This document shows, piece after piece, positions 36,583-46,213 of a stretch of 64,000 nt of DNA. Within the stretch, counting starts at the first letter, position 1; each line of letters starts with the position of its first letter. The notes beneath the pieces are model-generated. The model was not told where the DNA came from. It saw only the letters and a program-made list of their open reading frames with translations, and ran no database searches. The stretch comes from Clostridia bacterium (GTDB lineage: Bacteria; Bacillota; SHA-98; UBA4971), in assembly GCA_050261175.1 (NCBI GenBank), contig JBLNDA010000051.1, positions 13,722-77,721 of the forward strand, in the 5' to 3' direction. The translations under genes and the position numbers were made by a program.

Positions 36583-37326
36583 ATGAGGCTGGCGGACAAA
36601 GTCGCCGTCGTGACGGGGGCATCCGGTGGGATAGGGCAGGCATGCGCGGAGGCGCTGGCCCGCGAAGGAGCCTCTGTGGCCGTGGTGGCTGGGCGCAACC
36701 TTGCCGCCGCTGAGGAGGTCGCGTGCAAGATCGAGGAGATGGGCAGGCAGGCCGTGGCCCTCGCGTGCGACGTGTCGTGCTCCGAGGCTGTCGAACAGGC
36801 TTGCGAGCGCATCTGCGAGCGCTTCTCCCGGATAGACGTCCTCGTCAACAACGCGGGGATACGGCGGGACAACTTCCTCATCAGGATGACCGACGCTGAG
36901 TGGGAGGACGTGCTCCGCGTGAACCTCTCCGGAGTCTTCAACTTCACGCGCGCTGTGGGCAGGAGGATGTTCCGGCAGCGCCAGGGGAGGATAATAAACA
37001 TCTCTTCAGTGGCGGGCGTCATGGGAAATGCGGGCCAAGCCAATTACTCAGCGGCAAAGGCGGGAGTGATAGGTCTCACGAAGGCCGCTGCCCGCGAACT
37101 GGCCATGCGCGGCGTGACTGTGAACGCTATCGCGCCGGGGCTCATCGATGTGGGCATGACTACTTCTCTGAAGGAGGACGTGAAGGCGAGGCTGCTTGCA
37201 GGCGTGCCCCTGGGCCGCCTGGGTAACGCTGAGGAGGTGGCCGCGGCGTGCGTCTTCCTGGCGTCGGATGAGGCGGGCTACATAACCGGCCAGGTCCTCT
37301 GCGTGGACGGAGGCCTAGCGATGTAG
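36583..37326 (+). CDS. fabG: 3-oxoacyl-ACP reductase
   Basis: VTGASGGIG, NNAG, and the YSAAK catalytic motif. 247 aa. Confidence 0.92.
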   Translation: MRLADKVAVVTGASGGIGQACAEALAREGASVAVVAGRNLAAAEEVACKIEEMGRQAVALACDVSCSEAVEQACERICERFSRIDVLVNNAGIRRDNFLIRMTDAEWEDVLRVNLSGVFNFTRAVGRRMFRQRQGRIINISSVAGVMGNAGQANYSAAKAGVIGLTKAAARELAMRGVTVNAIAPGLIDVGMTTSLKEDVKARLLAGVPLGRLGNAEEVAAACVFLASDEAGYITGQVLCVDGGLAM

Positions 37327-37375
37327 CGGGCGGCCCCGGGGCCGCTCGAAGCACGAGCCATGGGAGGTGAACAGG

Positions 37376-37639
37376 ATGGGCGAGTTGAGTCCAAAAGCGG
37401 AGGAGATTTTCGAGAAGGTCAAGAGGATCATCGTTCGTGAGGCGAAGGTGGACGAATCGCTGGTGACGTGGGACGCCACGATGAACGACCTGTACGCTGA
37501 CTCTGCTACGAGAATGAGCATCGGCGATGAGCTTGACCGCGAATTCGACCTTGGGACCCTTGACGTGGAGATCGCCGAAGATACGACGGTTCAGGACATC
37601 GTCGACTTCATTCTCGAGAGGGTTGGCGACGAGGAGTGA
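37376..37639 (+). CDS. acpP: acyl carrier protein, divergent helix II
   Basis: 87 aa in the canonical fabG-acp-fabF position. Phosphopantetheine-site context is DLYADSATRMSIGDELDREF, versus the usual DLGADSLDxVELVMxLEEEF. Confidence 0.75.
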   Translation: MGELSPKAEEIFEKVKRIIVREAKVDESLVTWDATMNDLYADSATRMSIGDELDREFDLGTLDVEIAEDTTVQDIVDFILERVGDEE

Positions 37640-37704
37640 GCGCGGGCGGCTAGTCCGCGCGGGCCTGAGAGGGTTACCGGGGGAGCTTTGTGCGGGGTGA
37701 GGGA

Positions 37705-38946
37705 ATGGGAGAGCGAGTGGTGGTGACCGGCCTCGGTGCAGTCACCCCCATCGGGATAGGCCGCGACGCGTTCTTCGACGGGCTGAGGACCTCGCGGAAC
37801 GGCATTGCAAGGGTGACGGGGTTCGACCCTTCGCCTTTCAGGACGCAGATGGCAGGCGAGGTGCGTGACTTCGTCGCCACCGACTATATGACGGAGCGCG
37901 AGGCTTATCGCTTGGCCAGGTTCGCGCAGTTCGCCGTGGCGGCTGCGCGGATGGCCCTGGCCGATGCCGGTCTCACCGTCGACAGCTCCAATCGGGACCG
38001 CGTGGGGGTAGTGATGGGGTGCGGGATCGGGGGCCTGGAGGTGCTCGAAGAACAGGTAGGGACGCTGCGGACAGAGGGGCCCCGGAGGGTGAGTCCGTTC
38101 TTCATCCCGATGATGATCCCGAATATGGCTTCGGGCCAAGTGGCGATATTCACAGGCGCCAGAGGTCTCAACCTCACGGTGACGACCGCCTGCGCGGCAG
38201 CCACTCATGCCATAGGTGAGGCATTCCGGGCCATCCAAAGGGGCGACGCCGATGTCGTGCTGGCGGGGGGCGCCGAAGCCGCCATTACGCCTGCGGGCTT
38301 TGCGGGGTTCTGCGCGCTGCGAGCCATGTCACGCCGGAACGATGAGCCGGAGAAAGCTTGCCGGCCGTTTGACAAAGGGCGCGACGGCTTCGTCATGGGA
38401 GAGGGCAGCGTCGTTCTGGTCCTGGAGAGCCTTGACCATGCACGGAGGCGCGGGGCGCATCTCTATGCTGAGATGGCCGGCTACGGCGCGAGCGACGATG
38501 CGCATCACATCGTCGAGCCGGATCCTGAGGGCAAGGGGGCGCTACTTGCCATGCAGAGGGCGCTCCTCGACGCGGGGCTCTCGCCTGCCGATGTCGACTA
38601 CGTCAACGCCCACGGCACGTCAACGCCCCTGAACGACAAGTGCGAGACGATGGCCATAAAGGAGCTGTTCGGTCCCGATGCGGCAAGAGTCGCGATAAGC
38701 TCGACCAAGTCAATGACCGGGCACCTCCTCGGGGCCGCGGGGGGCGTAGGGGCGGCCGCTTGCGTGTTCGCAATCTCAACGGGGATCATCCCGGCTACCA
38801 TCAACTACGAGGAGCCGGACCCCGAGTGCGACTTGGACTATGTGCCCAACGTCGCGCGCAAGGGGCAGGTCGACGTGGCCATGTCCAACTCGTTCGGGTT
38901 CGGCGGGCACAATGGAGTGATCGTCCTGAGGAGATACGAGGGGTGA
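37705..38946 (+). CDS. fabF: 3-oxoacyl-ACP synthase II
   Basis: RVVVTGLGAVTPIG, active-site Cys in TACAAATHA, HGTST, and GFGGHN. Confidence 0.92.
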   Translation: MGERVVVTGLGAVTPIGIGRDAFFDGLRTSRNGIARVTGFDPSPFRTQMAGEVRDFVATDYMTEREAYRLARFAQFAVAAARMALADAGLTVDSSNRDRVGVVMGCGIGGLEVLEEQVGTLRTEGPRRVSPFFIPMMIPNMASGQVAIFTGARGLNLTVTTACAAATHAIGEAFRAIQRGDADVVLAGGAEAAITPAGFAGFCALRAMSRRNDEPEKACRPFDKGRDGFVMGEGSVVLVLESLDHARRRGAHLYAEMAGYGASDDAHHIVEPDPEGKGALLAMQRALLDAGLSPADVDYVNAHGTSTPLNDKCETMAIKELFGPDAARVAISSTKSMTGHLLGAAGGVGAAACVFAISTGIIPATINYEEPDPECDLDYVPNVARKGQVDVAMSNSFGFGGHNGVIVLRRYEG

Positions 38947-39214
38947 GTGGACGCCTGGGTGAGAAACCGGTCCATGCGGTCGAGGGGCGGTGGCGCGGCG
39001 GAGTCGTCTAGTCTGCAGCATGCGCTGCGGGTTACGGCGCGGAGGCGTGCCAGCTCACAAGGCCGCGCGGTGGATGGAGGCAGCGCCGGACTCGCCGTAC
39101 GCCGGCGCAAGCAGATGAAGGCGGGCCGGAACGGATGAAGTGGAACGAGGCAGGCAGGGTCGGCGGGGAGGGCCGGCGACTGCTTGCCAGAACGAGAGAA
39201 CGAAACGAGGGGCG

Positions 39215-39243
39215 GGGGAGGCTGGAGGCGTTCCGGCCTCCCC
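39215..39243 (+). terminator. GC-rich hairpin after the fab operon, without a U-tract
   Basis: GGGGAGGC-N13-GCCTCCCC followed by TCTCT. Confidence 0.3.
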
Positions 39244-39348
39244 TCTCTGCGCTGAGAGGGGCGCATCGCGATGGGTGAATCCGAGGCCGGATACACTACT
39301 AGAAGAGACTTGGCGGCGACCGCGGGAGACGGCAGGGAAAACGCCAGG

Positions 39349-40083
39349 ATGATGAAGCTTCAAGAGATCATCGGTGTCCGTTTCAACGATCCGAACCTGC
39401 TCGTCCAGGCCGTGACCCATAGCTCGTTCGAGGGGGGCGGTCCCCTCGCAGGCAACGAGCGCCTGGAGTTCCTGGGCGATGCCGTGCTCAAGCTGGTGAC
39501 TGCCTGGCACCTCTACGTGACGTGCCCGGACGTTCCAGAAGGCGAGCTCTCCACGATGCTGGGTCGAGCGGTGAGCGAGAAAGCGCTGGCTGAGGCGGCT
39601 GGCCGGCTCGGTATAGCCGACTTCCTGCGGGTGGGTCGCAGTCTCGAAGCCGCTGGCGGCCGGCGCCTGCCGTCTGTGCTGGCGGACGCGTTCGAGGCCA
39701 TACTGGGAGCTGTCTTCCTCGACCAGGGCTTGAAGGCGGCGAAGCGGCTCGTGGTCAGGGAACTCCGTCCGGGCCCTCGCCTTGATGCGCTCGCGGATGG
39801 GGGAGAAGCGCGAAATTACAAAGCCATCCTGCAGGAATTCTTTCAGAAAAGGGAGAAATCTATCCCGGAATACGACGTTGTGCGCGAGGCGGGCCCGGAC
39901 CACGACAAGACGTTCACGGTCGTGGTGAGGCTCGCGGGCAGCTCTGTGGGATCCGGAAGCGGCAAGACGAAAAAGGCCGCGGAACAAGCCGCAGCGGCCG
40001 ACGCGCTCGCCAAAATGGGTATCTTGCCCGGTGCTGGTGGCGCGCACGTTGAGGGAGGGAGAGTCAGTGGCCGCGACCCGTGA
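39349..40083 (+). CDS. rnc: ribonuclease III
   Basis: NERLEFLGDAVL signature and a C-terminal dsRBD (GSGKTKKAAEQAAA). Confidence 0.9.
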   Translation: MMKLQEIIGVRFNDPNLLVQAVTHSSFEGGGPLAGNERLEFLGDAVLKLVTAWHLYVTCPDVPEGELSTMLGRAVSEKALAEAAGRLGIADFLRVGRSLEAAGGRRLPSVLADAFEAILGAVFLDQGLKAAKRLVVRELRPGPRLDALADGGEARNYKAILQEFFQKREKSIPEYDVVREAGPDHDKTFTVVVRLAGSSVGSGSGKTKKAAEQAAAADALAKMGILPGAGGAHVEGGRVSGRDP

Positions 40084-40912
40084 GGATACAAGAGAGAGGC
40101 GCGTCCCGCGCCGTCGACTCGCCTGGCACGAGTTGGGACCCGAGTGGCGCAAGATACCGTACAACGACATAGTCCCCGAGGACGTGGACATCGAGGACGT
40201 CAACGAGGTGCTTTCCCAGATCCCGGGACTCAACGCCGTGCGGATCATCGTGGACGGCAAGCGTATGATTACCGAGGTGCATTGCACGTCCATCGAGCTG
40301 CGTTCGCCCCAGGAGCTCGTGCGGGACATAGAGACCGTGCTCTACGCAAAGTGGGGCTTGAAGATAGACCACAGACGGATCGGTGTGTGCGTGTTCAAGG
40401 ACATGCCCCAGATGGAGCTGGAGGCGCTCATCGGTCACAGACTCAAGATCGACCGCGTGTACCTGAATCTCGGCAAGCACACGGCCGATTCCATAGTAGA
40501 GCTGGGACTGCAGGGGAGGGTGTACACGGGTACAGCGGTGGGGCCTGCCACCAAGTACGGCCAGTACCAGGTGGTGGCGCAGGCGACCATCGCGGCGGTG
40601 GAGGCGTTCCTGCGAACGAGGAGCATGCTCTCTGCGGGCGAGGTGCGTCTCATAAAGATGCTCGACCAAGACGTGGTGCTCGTATCAGTGAGCGCCATCG
40701 GGACGCAAGGCGAGGAGAGGCTCATAGGAACCGCGCCCGTGCGCACTTACGAGACGGACGCCGTCGCGCGTGCCACCATGGACGCCATCAACCGGAGGCT
40801 CCTGGTATGGAAGAGCGAGGTGATCAGGGAAGCCAAGGGTGAGCCCCCGCCCTTCCTGCCCCGGCCCTATGAAACGAGGAGGCCGCGCGTTCGACCGATA
40901 ATACCGAAATAG
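40067..40912 (+). CDS. hypothetical protein (281 aa), translationally coupled to rnc
   Basis: GTG after GGGAGGGAGAG, overlapping the last 17 nt of rnc. Protein-like composition, basic N- and C-termini. No family recognised. Confidence 0.65.
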   Translation: MAATREDTRERRVPRRRLAWHELGPEWRKIPYNDIVPEDVDIEDVNEVLSQIPGLNAVRIIVDGKRMITEVHCTSIELRSPQELVRDIETVLYAKWGLKIDHRRIGVCVFKDMPQMELEALIGHRLKIDRVYLNLGKHTADSIVELGLQGRVYTGTAVGPATKYGQYQVVAQATIAAVEAFLRTRSMLSAGEVRLIKMLDQDVVLVSVSAIGTQGEERLIGTAPVRTYETDAVARATMDAINRRLLVWKSEVIREAKGEPPPFLPRPYETRRPRVRPIIPK

Positions 40913-41011
40913 CGATAAGTCACGCCAAACGAAGGATCTTCCAGTGGGACGTTGAATATACATATGGCAAGAAGCGCATGGTCCAAAACCTGGGAACGGG
41001 AGGTAGAAGGC

Positions 41012-41272
41012 GTGGAGGTACTAAAGGTATCAGCGCAATCAAAGCCCAAGTCGGTGGCAGGCGCCCTTGCCGCGGTGCTCAGAGAAAGGGGGTCCGCGGA
41101 GGTTCAGGCGGTTGGGGCGGGAGCTGTCAACCAGGCTGTCAAGGCAATTGCCATCACGCGAGGATTTGTTGCGCCTAACGGGATCGACCTCGTGACCATC
41201 CCTGCTTTCGCCGAGATACAGATCGATGGGGAGGAGAGGACTGCGATAAAGTTCATAGTCGAGCCCAGGTGA
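41012..41272 (+). CDS. spoVS: stage V sporulation protein S
   Basis: VEVLKVSAQSKPKSVAGALAAVLRERGSAEVQAVGAGAVNQAVKAIAITRGFVAPNGIDL..IKFIVEPR is near-colinear with B. subtilis SpoVS. Confidence 0.9.
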   Translation: MEVLKVSAQSKPKSVAGALAAVLRERGSAEVQAVGAGAVNQAVKAIAITRGFVAPNGIDLVTIPAFAEIQIDGEERTAIKFIVEPR

Positions 41273-41339
41273 CGCTAGGGTGGTGCCTCCTTCTACGGAA
41301 TCGTGATTACTTTTCTTTCGGGCGCACTGTAGATGTCGT

Positions 41340-41384
41340 GCAGTCCGCGCTCGCGGCCAGGCCGCAAACGCGGGCTGCTTTTTT
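41340..41384 (+). terminator. rho-independent terminator after spoVS
   Basis: GCAGTCCGCG...CGCGGGCTGC stem (one G-U pair) with an inner GCGGCC/GGCCGC hairpin, followed by TTTTTT. Confidence 0.7.
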
Positions 41385-41475
41385 CCGCCACTTTGCGGAG
41401 AGCGGACCCCTCCCAGGCTTGCCATCGGTTCAGCTTGGGACCACTGACGCCCCTTCCCGGGGACCAGGAGAGTGC

Positions 41476-41491
41476 TGGCATCCCTGATGCC
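41476..41491 (+). promoter_or_regulatory. weak sigma-54-like -24/-12 candidate
   Basis: cTGGCATccctgaTGCc has GG-N10-GC spacing, ~115 nt upstream of the sigma-factor gene. It is also part of an imperfect palindrome, so it may be coincidental. Confidence 0.25.
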
Positions 41492-41604
41492 GGCAACTTG
41501 ACCAATCCAGGCGCAGACCCTGTCCCACCAAGGGATCATATTCCTGTCCGGCCGGAAGTATATATCTAGCGGGTACCGAGACGGCCTGTCGAGGGGGATA
41601 GGTC

Positions 41605-42330
41605 ATGTCCGACACCAACCAGGACTTTGACCTGGAATTGTTGAGGCGGTCGAGGTCGGGGCAGGAGGCGGCGCGGGACGACCTGATAAGGAAATACGTT
41701 CCCATGGTGAGGCACATTGTGCGCACCACGGCACCGGGCTTGCCCGGCTCGGAGTTCGAAGACCTCGTGCAGGACGGGCTGGTCGGCTTGCTCGACGCGA
41801 TCCGCCAGTATGATCCCGGCAAACCCGGAGTGAAGTTCAGCTCCTTCGCATACCTGTGCATCATCAGGAAGATATACAACAGCCTCCGGCGCCAGACCAG
41901 CAGCAAGCAAAAAGCCCTCAACCAGGCCATATCGCTCTACTCGTACGTGGACAGGGAGGAGACCAGGATGGTACTGGATCTCCTCGCCGGTGATTACGTC
42001 GATCCCGAAGCGGTCGTGGAGAACGAGTGGGCCAGCGCCCGTGTGGAACAGGTCCTGCGGAGCCACCTCTCGATGCTCGAGTACGCCGTGACCGCGCTGC
42101 TGCTCCGCGGGTACACGACCGGGGAGATCGGGAGGGCCATGGGACTTGATCCGAAGTCTGTGGACAACGCGCGCACGCGCGTCAAAGCCAAGCTGCGGCG
42201 CCTCTTGCACCGGTACGGCTCTCTCGTTCACCCCGAGATCCCCGAGAAGGCTCGCAGGCGGCGCGACCTTTGTATGGAGGTCCGCGTGAGCCTTGCGTCC
42301 AGACGCCGGGTCTCGCTCTTCCCTGGATGA
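41605..42330 (+). CDS. sigma-70 family sigma factor, SigH-like
   Basis: Region 2 is EDLVQDGLVGLLDAIRQYDP..FSSFAYLCIIRKI, then a KQKALNQAISL linker as in SigH, and a region 4 HTH (YTTGEIGRAMGLDPKSVDNARTRVKAKL). Confidence 0.85.
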   Translation: MSDTNQDFDLELLRRSRSGQEAARDDLIRKYVPMVRHIVRTTAPGLPGSEFEDLVQDGLVGLLDAIRQYDPGKPGVKFSSFAYLCIIRKIYNSLRRQTSSKQKALNQAISLYSYVDREETRMVLDLLAGDYVDPEAVVENEWASARVEQVLRSHLSMLEYAVTALLLRGYTTGEIGRAMGLDPKSVDNARTRVKAKLRRLLHRYGSLVHPEIPEKARRRRDLCMEVRVSLASRRRVSLFPG

Positions 42331-42350
42331 TTCTCTTTTGGTTAGGGCTA

Positions 42351-42359
42351 TGATACAAT
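42351..42359 (+). promoter_or_regulatory. extended -10 element TGaTACAAT upstream of smc
   Basis: The same 11-mer TATGATACAAT occurs in the rpmB promoter. The -35 is poor. Confidence 0.4.
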
Positions 42360-42474
42360 ACCAGTGCAATCCGGGGCGATGCGTGTCGATTCGGGTCGGC
42401 GCTTCGCCTGCAGGGGTGGCACTCGCGTGAGGCGGCGTGTCGGGGCGTAGACGCACGCCCAGGGAGGACTCGGT

Positions 42475-45400
42475 TTGTACCTCAAACGGATGGAGCTTTA
42501 CGGATTCAAGTCCTTTGCAGACAAGACGGAACTCGAATTCTCGCCAGGTGTGACTGCCATCGTGGGACCGAACGGAAGCGGCAAGAGCAACCTCGCCGAC
42601 GCGGTCAGATGGGTTCTCGGTGAGCAAAGCGCGCGCGTCCTCCGGGGAACCAGAATGGAGGACGTCATCTTCGCCGGCTCGGGCGCGAGAAGGCCGTTGG
42701 GGTTTGCCGAGGTCACCCTGGTCTTCGACAACGCGGACGGCTCGCTTCCCGTGGATTTCGTGGAAGTTGCGGTGACGAGGCGCGTTTACCGCTCCGGTGA
42801 GAGCGACTTCTCCATCTGCGGCATCCCCTGCCGTCTGAAGGACATCCAAACGCTGTTCATGGACACGGGCGCAGCCAAGGAAGGCTACTCGATCATAGAA
42901 CAAGGCAAGATCGACGCCATCCTGGGCGCGAGTTCCGATGAACGCAGGGCGTTCTTCGAAGAGGCTGCCGGCATACACAAGTACAAGGCGCGCAGGGCGG
43001 ACGCGGCAAGACGGCTCGCGGCTGCAGACGCTTGCACGACTCGCGTCCGCGACGTATTGGCCGAGCTTTCGAGGCAGATGGAGCCGCTCGAGGCGAAGGC
43101 TGACGAGGCGAGGCGATTCCAGGAATGCTGTCAGGAGCTGGCCAGCCTCGAGGTGGCTCTCGCCCTGAAAGAGTTCGACGCCCTGGAGGCGAGGAGAGCG
43201 GAGGTTGCGCGGGCCGCTTCGCAGATCGACGAGAAGCTGGGCGAGGAGGGCTGTCTCAGGGAATCGTTGTCGGAAGAAATCTCCCGCGAGAGGGAGGCGC
43301 TCGCTTCGGTGGAAGATGAGCGCGACCGGTTACAAGAGAGGGCGGCCGCGCTCGCCGCTGAGATCGAGAGAGCCGAGGGGAAGATCTCGCTGGCCCGCGA
43401 GCGAGAAAGCATGCAAGCGGCGCAAGCCCGGGCCCTTGTCGAAAGCATAGAGAAAGACAGGCAGGTTTTGGCGGCATGCGCCAGTGAGAGCGCCGCGAAG
43501 TCGGCGAGGCTTGCCGAGATCTCGTCAGAACTCGAGGCTGCCTCGCACGAACTGGACTCGCTCCAGGCGGAGGAGAGCGCCCTCGCCGAGAAGCAGAGGC
43601 TTTCCGAGCACGCGGCGGAGAAGGTCAAGGCGGACATCATAGAAGTGCTCTCGGCCACCGCGGAGGCGAAGAACGAACTTGCCAGGATGGCTTTGGAGGA
43701 CTCCGCGCAGGCGAGGCAAGTGGAGCGCCAGAGACGTGAGCTCGAAGCGGCGCTCGCCGAGCTCCGAGAGGCTGAGGCGCTGGCCGCCCAGGAGTCCGCA
43801 AGGCGGGAAGGGCTGGCCAAGGAGGTTCGCCTTGTTTCCCAGGAGAGGGCGGACGTCGAGCGGAGGCTTGGCGCGGCGCGGGAGAAGCTCAAGGGTCTCG
43901 TGGCGGAGCGCCAGGAGACCCAGGCGCGTGCGCGGGAAGTGTCTCTTCAGGCGGAGGCGCTCAGGAGGGCGGCGTCCGCGGGTGATTGGTATCCCCATGG
44001 CGCCCGTGCCGTGCTGGCCGCGGCGGACCGGGGCGACCTTGCGGGGGTAGTGGGGGCTGTCGCGGACTGCATAAGGGTGGCCCCGGAGTACGGGCATGCC
44101 ATCGAGTCAGCCCTTGGACAAGCCCTTTCTGACGTCATCGTGGAAGGGGACGTCCATGCCAGGGCCGCGGTGCAGTATCTCAAAGGACGAGGTCTCGGGA
44201 GAGCCACCTTCCTGCCCCTCGACCTAATCAGGCCGGGAGCGCTCGCGAGAGGGGAAGAGGCGGCCCTTTCAATGGATGGGGTGATCGGGAGAGCATCAGC
44301 CCTCGTGCGATGCGAAGATCGGGTGAGGAGGGCCGTGGAGCACCTCCTCGGGCGGACCCTTGTCGTGCAGGATCTAGACGCCGCGGTGCGGGTGGCGCGC
44401 GCCACGGGCACGCGCCTGAAAGTGGTGACCCTGGACGGGGACCTCGTGCTGCCGGGAGGGGCGATCTCGGGCGGCAGCGGCGCGCGCGGAAAGCAGCGCG
44501 AGACGCCGCTTGCGCTCAGGCAGCGCCTCGAAGAGCTCGAGGAGCTGCTCGGCTCGCTTGCCGCGGCGGACGACCGGGCCCGGCTGGCCGTGGCCGAAGC
44601 GCAGGATGAGGTCTTGCGTCTCGAGAAGGCACTTGAAGAGGCGAGAGCTGCTGCACAGAAGCTCGAGTTGGAGATGGCGAGGTCCGAGGCTGTGCATTCC
44701 CGGGCGCTTCGGGACGTCGACAAGGCTCGCTCGAAGGTGGGGCTGCTGCAGGAGGAGATCGGCTCGAGTAGCCCGGGCGACCGTTCCCGGGGAGAGCTCC
44801 GGAAGCAGCTCGAAGAGAGGCGCGCACGTCTCGAGGCTGCCGGGCGCGAACTGGCAGAGGCCCAGGCGAGGCTCACCGCGGACATCCAGGAGATCGCCAG
44901 GAGGCGCGAGAGTATCAGCAAGGAGATGACGGGCCTGCGAGTGAGGATGGCTTCCCTGACTCAGGAAGCGGCGGGGCTTCGCGAGCAGGTGCGAGCCTTG
45001 GACGCTCGGGCGCGGGATCTTGCTATGGAGGTGGAGGCGAGAGAGGCCGAGCTTTCTCGTGCGGAGAGGACATCGAAGTCCGCCGGCGACGAGATCGTGT
45101 CGGCCGGGGCGGAGCTGGAGTCGCTCGGCCGCGAGAAAGCCGAAGTTGACAGGGCGCTTGATTCCGCGAAAGAGACCAGGCGGGAGCTGGTCCGCCGTCT
45201 CGCCCAGAAGGAGTCGAGATTGCGGCTGTGCCAGGGGGAAGTCGAAGACCTTCAGCGAACGAGGGCCTCGCTCACTGCGGAAGAAGCGGGGCTTTCCGAG
45301 AGAGTGAACCGCATCACAGACGAACTCGCACGCCATTACCACGTAACGGTGGACGAGGCCAGGGCGCGGGCGTGTGAGATATCCGACAGGGAGGACGCAT

Positions 45401-46065
45401 CGGCGCGGGCGAGGTCGCTCAGGCTACAGATCGAAGCCCTGGGGCCGGTCGACCCCGGTGTCATCGAGGTGTACGAGGCGCTCAGGAAGCGCCACGGCGA
45501 CCTTGCTTCCGGACTCGACGATGTCGCGCGGGCGAGGGCGCACCTCACCGAAGTCATCGAGCGTTCGGACCGCGAGAGCGAAAGGCGCTTTCGAGAGACG
45601 CTCGGGGCCATACGGGCGGAGTTCGGGAGGAAGTTCACGCGCCTCTTTGGTGGCGGCAGGGCGGATCTCGTGATAGCTGATGATGGCGCGCCCAACCCGG
45701 GGATAGAGATCGCTGCCGAGCCCCCGGGCAAGAAGTTGCAGAGCTTGAGCCTGCTTTCAGCGGGAGAAAGGGCGCTTGCCGCCACAGCGCTCGTGTTCGC
45801 CCTCCTCGAAGTGCGTCCGAGTCCGTTCTGCGTGCTCGACGAGGTCGATGCGGCTCTCGACGAGGCCAACGTGGGGAGGTTCACCGACCTCCTGAGGGAT
45901 GCGGCCCTGAAGAGCCAGTTCGTTGTCGTGACTCACAGGAAGGGCACGATGGAGGCGGCGGACGCTCTCTATGGCGTGACGATGGAGGAGTCCGGGGTGT
46001 CGAAGCTCATCTCCGTGAGGATAGATGGCGTCGAGCCGGAATCCAGACAACAGGAGACCGCGTAA
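42475..46065 (+). CDS. smc: chromosome segregation protein SMC
   Basis: 1196 aa. N-terminal Walker A GPNGSGKSN, long coiled coils, hinge, and C-terminal LSGGE-like LSAGERAL plus Walker B FCVLDEVDAALD. Confidence 0.95.
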   Translation: MYLKRMELYGFKSFADKTELEFSPGVTAIVGPNGSGKSNLADAVRWVLGEQSARVLRGTRMEDVIFAGSGARRPLGFAEVTLVFDNADGSLPVDFVEVAVTRRVYRSGESDFSICGIPCRLKDIQTLFMDTGAAKEGYSIIEQGKIDAILGASSDERRAFFEEAAGIHKYKARRADAARRLAAADACTTRVRDVLAELSRQMEPLEAKADEARRFQECCQELASLEVALALKEFDALEARRAEVARAASQIDEKLGEEGCLRESLSEEISREREALASVEDERDRLQERAAALAAEIERAEGKISLARERESMQAAQARALVESIEKDRQVLAACASESAAKSARLAEISSELEAASHELDSLQAEESALAEKQRLSEHAAEKVKADIIEVLSATAEAKNELARMALEDSAQARQVERQRRELEAALAELREAEALAAQESARREGLAKEVRLVSQERADVERRLGAAREKLKGLVAERQETQARAREVSLQAEALRRAASAGDWYPHGARAVLAAADRGDLAGVVGAVADCIRVAPEYGHAIESALGQALSDVIVEGDVHARAAVQYLKGRGLGRATFLPLDLIRPGALARGEEAALSMDGVIGRASALVRCEDRVRRAVEHLLGRTLVVQDLDAAVRVARATGTRLKVVTLDGDLVLPGGAISGGSGARGKQRETPLALRQRLEELEELLGSLAAADDRARLAVAEAQDEVLRLEKALEEARAAAQKLELEMARSEAVHSRALRDVDKARSKVGLLQEEIGSSSPGDRSRGELRKQLEERRARLEAAGRELAEAQARLTADIQEIARRRESISKEMTGLRVRMASLTQEAAGLREQVRALDARARDLAMEVEAREAELSRAERTSKSAGDEIVSAGAELESLGREKAEVDRALDSAKETRRELVRRLAQKESRLRLCQGEVEDLQRTRASLTAEEAGLSERVNRITDELARHYHVTVDEARARACEISDREDASARARSLRLQIEALGPVDPGVIEVYEALRKRHGDLASGLDDVARARAHLTEVIERSDRESERRFRETLGAIRAEFGRKFTRLFGGGRADLVIADDGAPNPGIEIAAEPPGKKLQSLSLLSAGERALAATALVFALLEVRPSPFCVLDEVDAALDEANVGRFTDLLRDAALKSQFVVVTHRKGTMEAADALYGVTMEESGVSKLISVRIDGVEPESRQQETA

Positions 46066-46213
46066 GATGGGCGCGGCCCGCTGCGCGCAGCCCGGGTGCC
46101 CGGACGGATGCGGGCGGGAGCGAGTCCCACGACAATGACCATTTCGGGGCCGGGGCGTGCTCGGTTCACCACCGCGGCTCCTTGAGACCACTGGAAGGTG
46201 TGAGGATTCAGAC

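Noticed and set aside
41566-42978. 470-aa antisense ORF spanning the sigma-factor gene and the smc start
   Set aside because: It crosses an intergenic promoter region, has no recognisable motifs, and both + strand genes are well supported.
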